A stretch of 64,000 nucleotides of DNA from contig CBDFKD010000002.1 in assembly GCA_965248695.1 (NCBI GenBank), forward strand, positions 3,744,001 through 3,808,000, written 5' to 3'. Under the pieces are notes generated by a model. That model saw only the letters and a list, made by a program, of their open reading frames with translations. It had not been told where the DNA came from and did not search any database. Within the stretch, counting starts at the first letter, position 1. Each line of letters opens with the position of its first letter. Source of the stretch: Acidobacteriota bacterium (lineage in GTDB: Bacteria > Acidobacteriota > UBA890 > WLXD01). The position numbers and the translations under genes were made by a program. Shown here piece by piece: positions 60,508 through 64,000 of this stretch.

Positions 60508-61407
60508 TCACGGACTCCGGCGCTGCCGCCGTCCGCGCCGCTGGCGCTCGGTGCCTGCGGCAGGTACCTCCCGGTAAGCGGCGAGCCAGCGCCCGCACTC
60601 CGGATCGTGACCGGCGATGACATCGGCACCACGCGCAGCCTGCATGATGCCGGCGTCGATCGGGTCGGTGATGGCTGACGTGAGCCCGGCCCCGATCGCG
60701 CTGGCGATGAACGCCGAATTCAACCCGTGCCGATTCGGCAGGCCGAAGCTGAAGTTGGATGCACCGCACGTGGTGTTCACCTTGAGCTCGGAGCGCAATC
60801 GGCGCACCAGCTCGAGCACCTGGCGCCCGGCATCGTTGATTGCGCCGACCGGCATGACCAGTGGGTCAACGACGATATCGCTCGCCGGAATTCCATGGTC
60901 AGCGGCACGTTCGACGATCGTCTTGGCCACCGCGTAGCGTACGTTGATATCCTGAGAGATTCCGGTGTCATCGTTGGAGATCGCCACGACGGCAGCGCCG
61001 TACTTCTTTACCAGCGGCAGTACGGTCTCCATGCGCTCTTCCTCGCCGGTAACCGAGTTCAGCAACGGCTTCCCCTGATACACCGCGAGCCCCGCTTCCA
61101 GCGCCGCGACGATCGAGGAGTCGATCGACAACGGCACGTCGGTAACCGACTGCACGAGCTCGATGCATCGTGCCAGGATCGCTGGCTCGTCGGCCAGCGG
61201 GATGCCGGCGTTGACGTCGAGCATGGTGGCGCCGGCGGCGACCTGAGCCACTGCGTCAGCCTCTACCCGACTGTAGTCACCCTCCTTCATCTCGGCGGCG
61301 AGGAGCTTGCGGCCGGTCGGGTTGATGCGTTCGCCAATGACCACGAACGGGCGATCGAACCCGATCGTGACCTCGCGCGTTGCCGAGCTGATTACGGTGT
61401 CCGTCAT
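60508..61407 (-). CDS. Pterin-binding methyltetrahydrofolate:corrinoid methyltransferase
   Basis: IGERINPTGRK, LDVNAG, LSIDSS, GASNFSFGLPNR. Confidence 0.92.
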   Translation of the reverse strand: MTDTVISSATREVTIGFDRPFVVIGERINPTGRKLLAAEMKEGDYSRVEADAVAQVAAGATMLDVNAGIPLADEPAILARCIELVQSVTDVPLSIDSSIVAALEAGLAVYQGKPLLNSVTGEEERMETVLPLVKKYGAAVVAISNDDTGISQDINVRYAVAKTIVERAADHGIPASDIVVDPLVMPVGAINDAGRQVLELVRRLRSELKVNTTCGASNFSFGLPNRHGLNSAFIASAIGAGLTSAITDPIDAGIMQAARGADVIAGHDPECGRWLAAYREVPAAGTERQRRGRRQRRSP

Positions 61408-61718
61408 GGGGTTGCCTCACCCGGTTCAGCCAGGCCGTTGGCCCGGACCATGGCGCGCAGCACGGTTTCGGAAAACTCGCCTTCGAGTCGCGCGACCTCC
61501 GAGGCCACGATTGCTTCGAGATCGCCCGAACAGGGCCGCCGATCACGGCGCCAGTCGGCGAGGTACTCGTCGCTGCTACCGCGCCCCGCGCGCATGGCGG
61601 CGGAGTCGATCGCGTCGGCGAATCGCGGCGACAGCACTACTTTGACACTGGTGCGTCCGCTGCGGCCAATTACCTGGGCCGGAATATCCCGCCAGTAGAT
61701 AGTGATCAGCTGTGCCAC
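61404..61718 (-). CDS. 'Virulence factor' domain small protein typical of B12 methyltransferase clusters
   Basis: YWRDIPAQV, RFADAID.AAM, YLADWRR. Confidence 0.85.
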   Translation of the reverse strand: MAQLITIYWRDIPAQVIGRSGRTSVKVVLSPRFADAIDSAAMRAGRGSSDEYLADWRRDRRPCSGDLEAIVASEVARLEGEFSETVLRAMVRANGLAEPGEATP

Positions 61719-61730
61719 GACGTCCGTCGC

Positions 61731-62429
61731 TCAGGAGGCGCGCCGCTCGGCTACGAGTCGCTTGGCGATCTCGACCGCGGTCGCGGCGTCGCGGCAGTAG
61801 GCGTCGGCACCGATTGCTTGTCCGAACTCCTCGTTGAGCGGTGCACCGCCCACCATGACGATGAACTGGTCGCGCAGGCCCTGCTCCTTGAGGGTGTCGA
61901 TGACGACCTTCATGTACGGCATCGTGGTGGTGAGCAGTGCAGACATGCCGAGGATGTCCGGACGGTGCTCCTTCAGCGCGCCGATGTAGGAGTCGGCGTC
62001 GGTATTGATGCCCAGATCGATAACCTCGAACCCGGCACCCTCCATCATCATGCCCACGAGGTTCTTGCCGATGTCGTGGATGTCGCCTTTCACCGTGCCG
62101 ATGACCATCTTGCCGACGGGCTGGGCGCCTGTTTTGGTGAGGATCGGCTGCAGGATGGCCATGCCGGCCTTCATAGCATTGGCTGCCATCAAGACCTCGG
62201 GCACGAAGAGAATTCCGTCACGGAAGTCCTCGCCGACGACGTTCATGGCGCTTACCAGCGCGTCGTCGAGCACCTTCTTCGCTTCCCACCCGCGGTCCAG
62301 CAGGATGGTGGTGCCCTCGTCGATCTCTTCCGCGAGCCCGTCGTAGAGATCGTCGTGCATCTGGTCGACAAGCTCGTCCGTTTCGAGCTCGCTCAGAACC
62401 AGGTCTTTGTCATCTTGTTCGGTCGACAT
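61731..62429 (-). CDS. Corrinoid (B12-binding) protein
   Basis: FVPEVL, GTVKGDIHDIGKNLV, MSALLTTTM, VGGAP. Confidence 0.95.
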   Translation of the reverse strand: MSTEQDDKDLVLSELETDELVDQMHDDLYDGLAEEIDEGTTILLDRGWEAKKVLDDALVSAMNVVGEDFRDGILFVPEVLMAANAMKAGMAILQPILTKTGAQPVGKMVIGTVKGDIHDIGKNLVGMMMEGAGFEVIDLGINTDADSYIGALKEHRPDILGMSALLTTTMPYMKVVIDTLKEQGLRDQFIVMVGGAPLNEEFGQAIGADAYCRDAATAVEIAKRLVAERRAS

Positions 62430-62536
62430 CTCGGACTCCAAGGGACCGGGCACAATTTTCGGAGCGAATTCTAGCACCGCGACGCCAGGCGCGCGGCGCG
62501 TCTCCGTCGTCCCTTAGGTGGCCGGCAGACGCCGGT

Positions 62537-64000
62537 TCAGGTCCGGTCGCTGTCGCTGGGAAGCCCCCGATCGAGTCGCGCTGCTCGCGCTGCCTCGAGC
62601 AGCGCGTCCTCCGCCTCGCGGTACAGCGTCTCGGCGTCTTCGGCCGAGTCGCCGACGGCGGTCAAGCCAAAGCGGCCGCAATCCCCGAGGCACGCCAGCA
62701 TGTGCAGCACGACCCCGCGCTGCCGCGAGTGGTCGAAGTGGAGACGGTTCGCGACCATGGCGTCGAACAGGTCATCGATCTCGAGCACACGGTAATCTTC
62801 CGACTCCATATGGTCGCTGGCCACGAGACACTTGGGCTGACCGCCCCGAGTTCGAAAGACGTTGGTCTTCCAGTCGTACTCGCCATCGGTGAGGAACTGC
62901 AGCGTCAGGAACGGATGCGTGGTACCTCCCTTACGGAGGTTCACCTCGATGGCCCACGCGTGCCAATCGCCGTCCTGCTTGGCGGTGAGAAAGTCCACCG
63001 CGAAACGGCCGATGACGCCGGCCCGCGCCACCAGCGTGCCGATCTTCAGCGCCTCCTGGGAGATCATCGATGCGTAGGCGTCGTCGGCCGGGAACCGTGC
63101 GCCGAGGAAGCTCAGCCCGGTCGGGCCCCCGAGGAGCTGGTCGTGTGTCGAGAGCAGTTGCACCTCGCCGAGCGGTGTTATGCGGAGCTGCACGCTGGGG
63201 CTGAGAACCCCGTCGGCCACGATACGCTCCTCGACGATCCCGCCGATGCGGGCGAACTTCGCCAGATAGTCGTCGGCAGACAAGCCCACCATCTCGGTGG
63301 TCATCTCCATCACTCTTTGCTCGATTGCTGCCGGCTCGGGCGACGCTCCGGTGAGGTCGACCTGCGCGTTGCCCTCGCCGGATACCGAGGCGTCGAGCTT
63401 GACGATGGCCGCCGGGCACTGCGGCCGAGACTTCTTGAGCTCGACGATCCCGCTGACGATGTCGTCGAGCGATCCCAGGTCCTCGAAGCCGGCGGGACAG
63501 GGAACCCCCGCCTCCTTGAAGAGCCGTCGGCTACCGCTCTTGGATCCAAGATGCTCGTGGCGCGGATCGTTGCCGTACATCGGAATGCCGAGCCGCAATG
63601 CCAGGTCGCGCTCCGCCCACGTGGTGTTGAACGGCACCAGATGAGCGCGCCCCGGATCGGCCACCAGGCCCCGGATGCGTTCGATCAACCGCGGGCGCTG
63701 CAGAACCTTGTGCGTCAGCGGGATCGGATCGCCATCGCCGACGGCCAGCATGAACAAACGGGCCCGTGCGTGGCTCGGAACCAACCCGGGTAGCAGCGCA
63801 AGGTAGTAGTCGATGACCGATTCCGGCACCGGTTGACCGGTGACGTACACCATGCGCGCTCGCGGCTGTCGCAGCAGCAGCAAGAGGAACAGCAGGCGCT
63901 CCTCATAGGCCTGCATCTCGGACGGTCGTAGGGCGAAGTCGAGCGAGACGGACGGCACGACGACGATCGTCTGGTCTTCCTGATTCAGGTGTGAGATCGA
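62537..64000 (-). CDS. PGM1-related ATP-grasp peptide ligase (5' end outside window)
   Basis: YEER.LF.L.LL, GSKSGSR, SGEGNA, SPSVQ, STHDQ.LGG, EVNLRKGGTTHP. Confidence 0.85.
   Translation of the reverse strand, partial: SISHLNQEDQTIVVVPSVSLDFALRPSEMQAYEERLLFLLLLLRQPRARMVYVTGQPVPESVIDYYLALLPGLVPSHARARLFMLAVGDGDPIPLTHKVLQRPRLIERIRGLVADPGRAHLVPFNTTWAERDLALRLGIPMYGNDPRHEHLGSKSGSRRLFKEAGVPCPAGFEDLGSLDDIVSGIVELKKSRPQCPAAIVKLDASVSGEGNAQVDLTGASPEPAAIEQRVMEMTTEMVGLSADDYLAKFARIGGIVEERIVADGVLSPSVQLRITPLGEVQLLSTHDQLLGGPTGLSFLGARFPADDAYASMISQEALKIGTLVARAGVIGRFAVDFLTAKQDGDWHAWAIEVNLRKGGTTHPFLTLQFLTDGEYDWKTNVFRTRGGQPKCLVASDHMESEDYRVLEIDDLFDAMVANRLHFDHSRQRGVVLHMLACLGDCGRFGLTAVGDSAEDAETLYREAEDALLEAARAARLDRGLPSDSDRT

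Noticed and set aside
62430-62536. Cobalamin or SAM riboswitch before the corrinoid operon
   Set aside because: The spacer is about 100 bp and shows no B12 box or SAM-I core.

Overview
GC-rich bacterial DNA, densely coding (about 55 genes). Gene content (CRTAC1/TPR pair, PQQ propellers, membrane Ser/Thr kinase, DUF5777) suggests Acidobacteriota or a similar lineage; this is inference only. Core content: pcm, ddl, trkAH, P5C dehydrogenase, E. coli-type frdABCD, DEAD helicase, an amino-acid/peptide uptake and catabolism run, and a B12-dependent MttB-type methyl-transfer cluster. Two complete insertion sequences are present: an IS3 without target duplication joining two unrelated truncated genes, and an IS256 with a 9-bp duplication splitting an HxxxDG acyltransferase-like gene. 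Best finds: (1) an exported peroxiredoxin-like selenoprotein hidden as two ORFs (W-U-P-Y-C plus a SECIS-like hairpin); (2) two related families of CTAG-bounded hairpin elements (at least 8 copies or remnants), one with compensatory changes in its terminal stem, several starting on a gene's TAG stop; (3) a cytochrome c/beta-barrel fusion beside a secreted CX4CH cytochrome-domain protein. All protein calls are from motif recognition by eye; no database searches were run.
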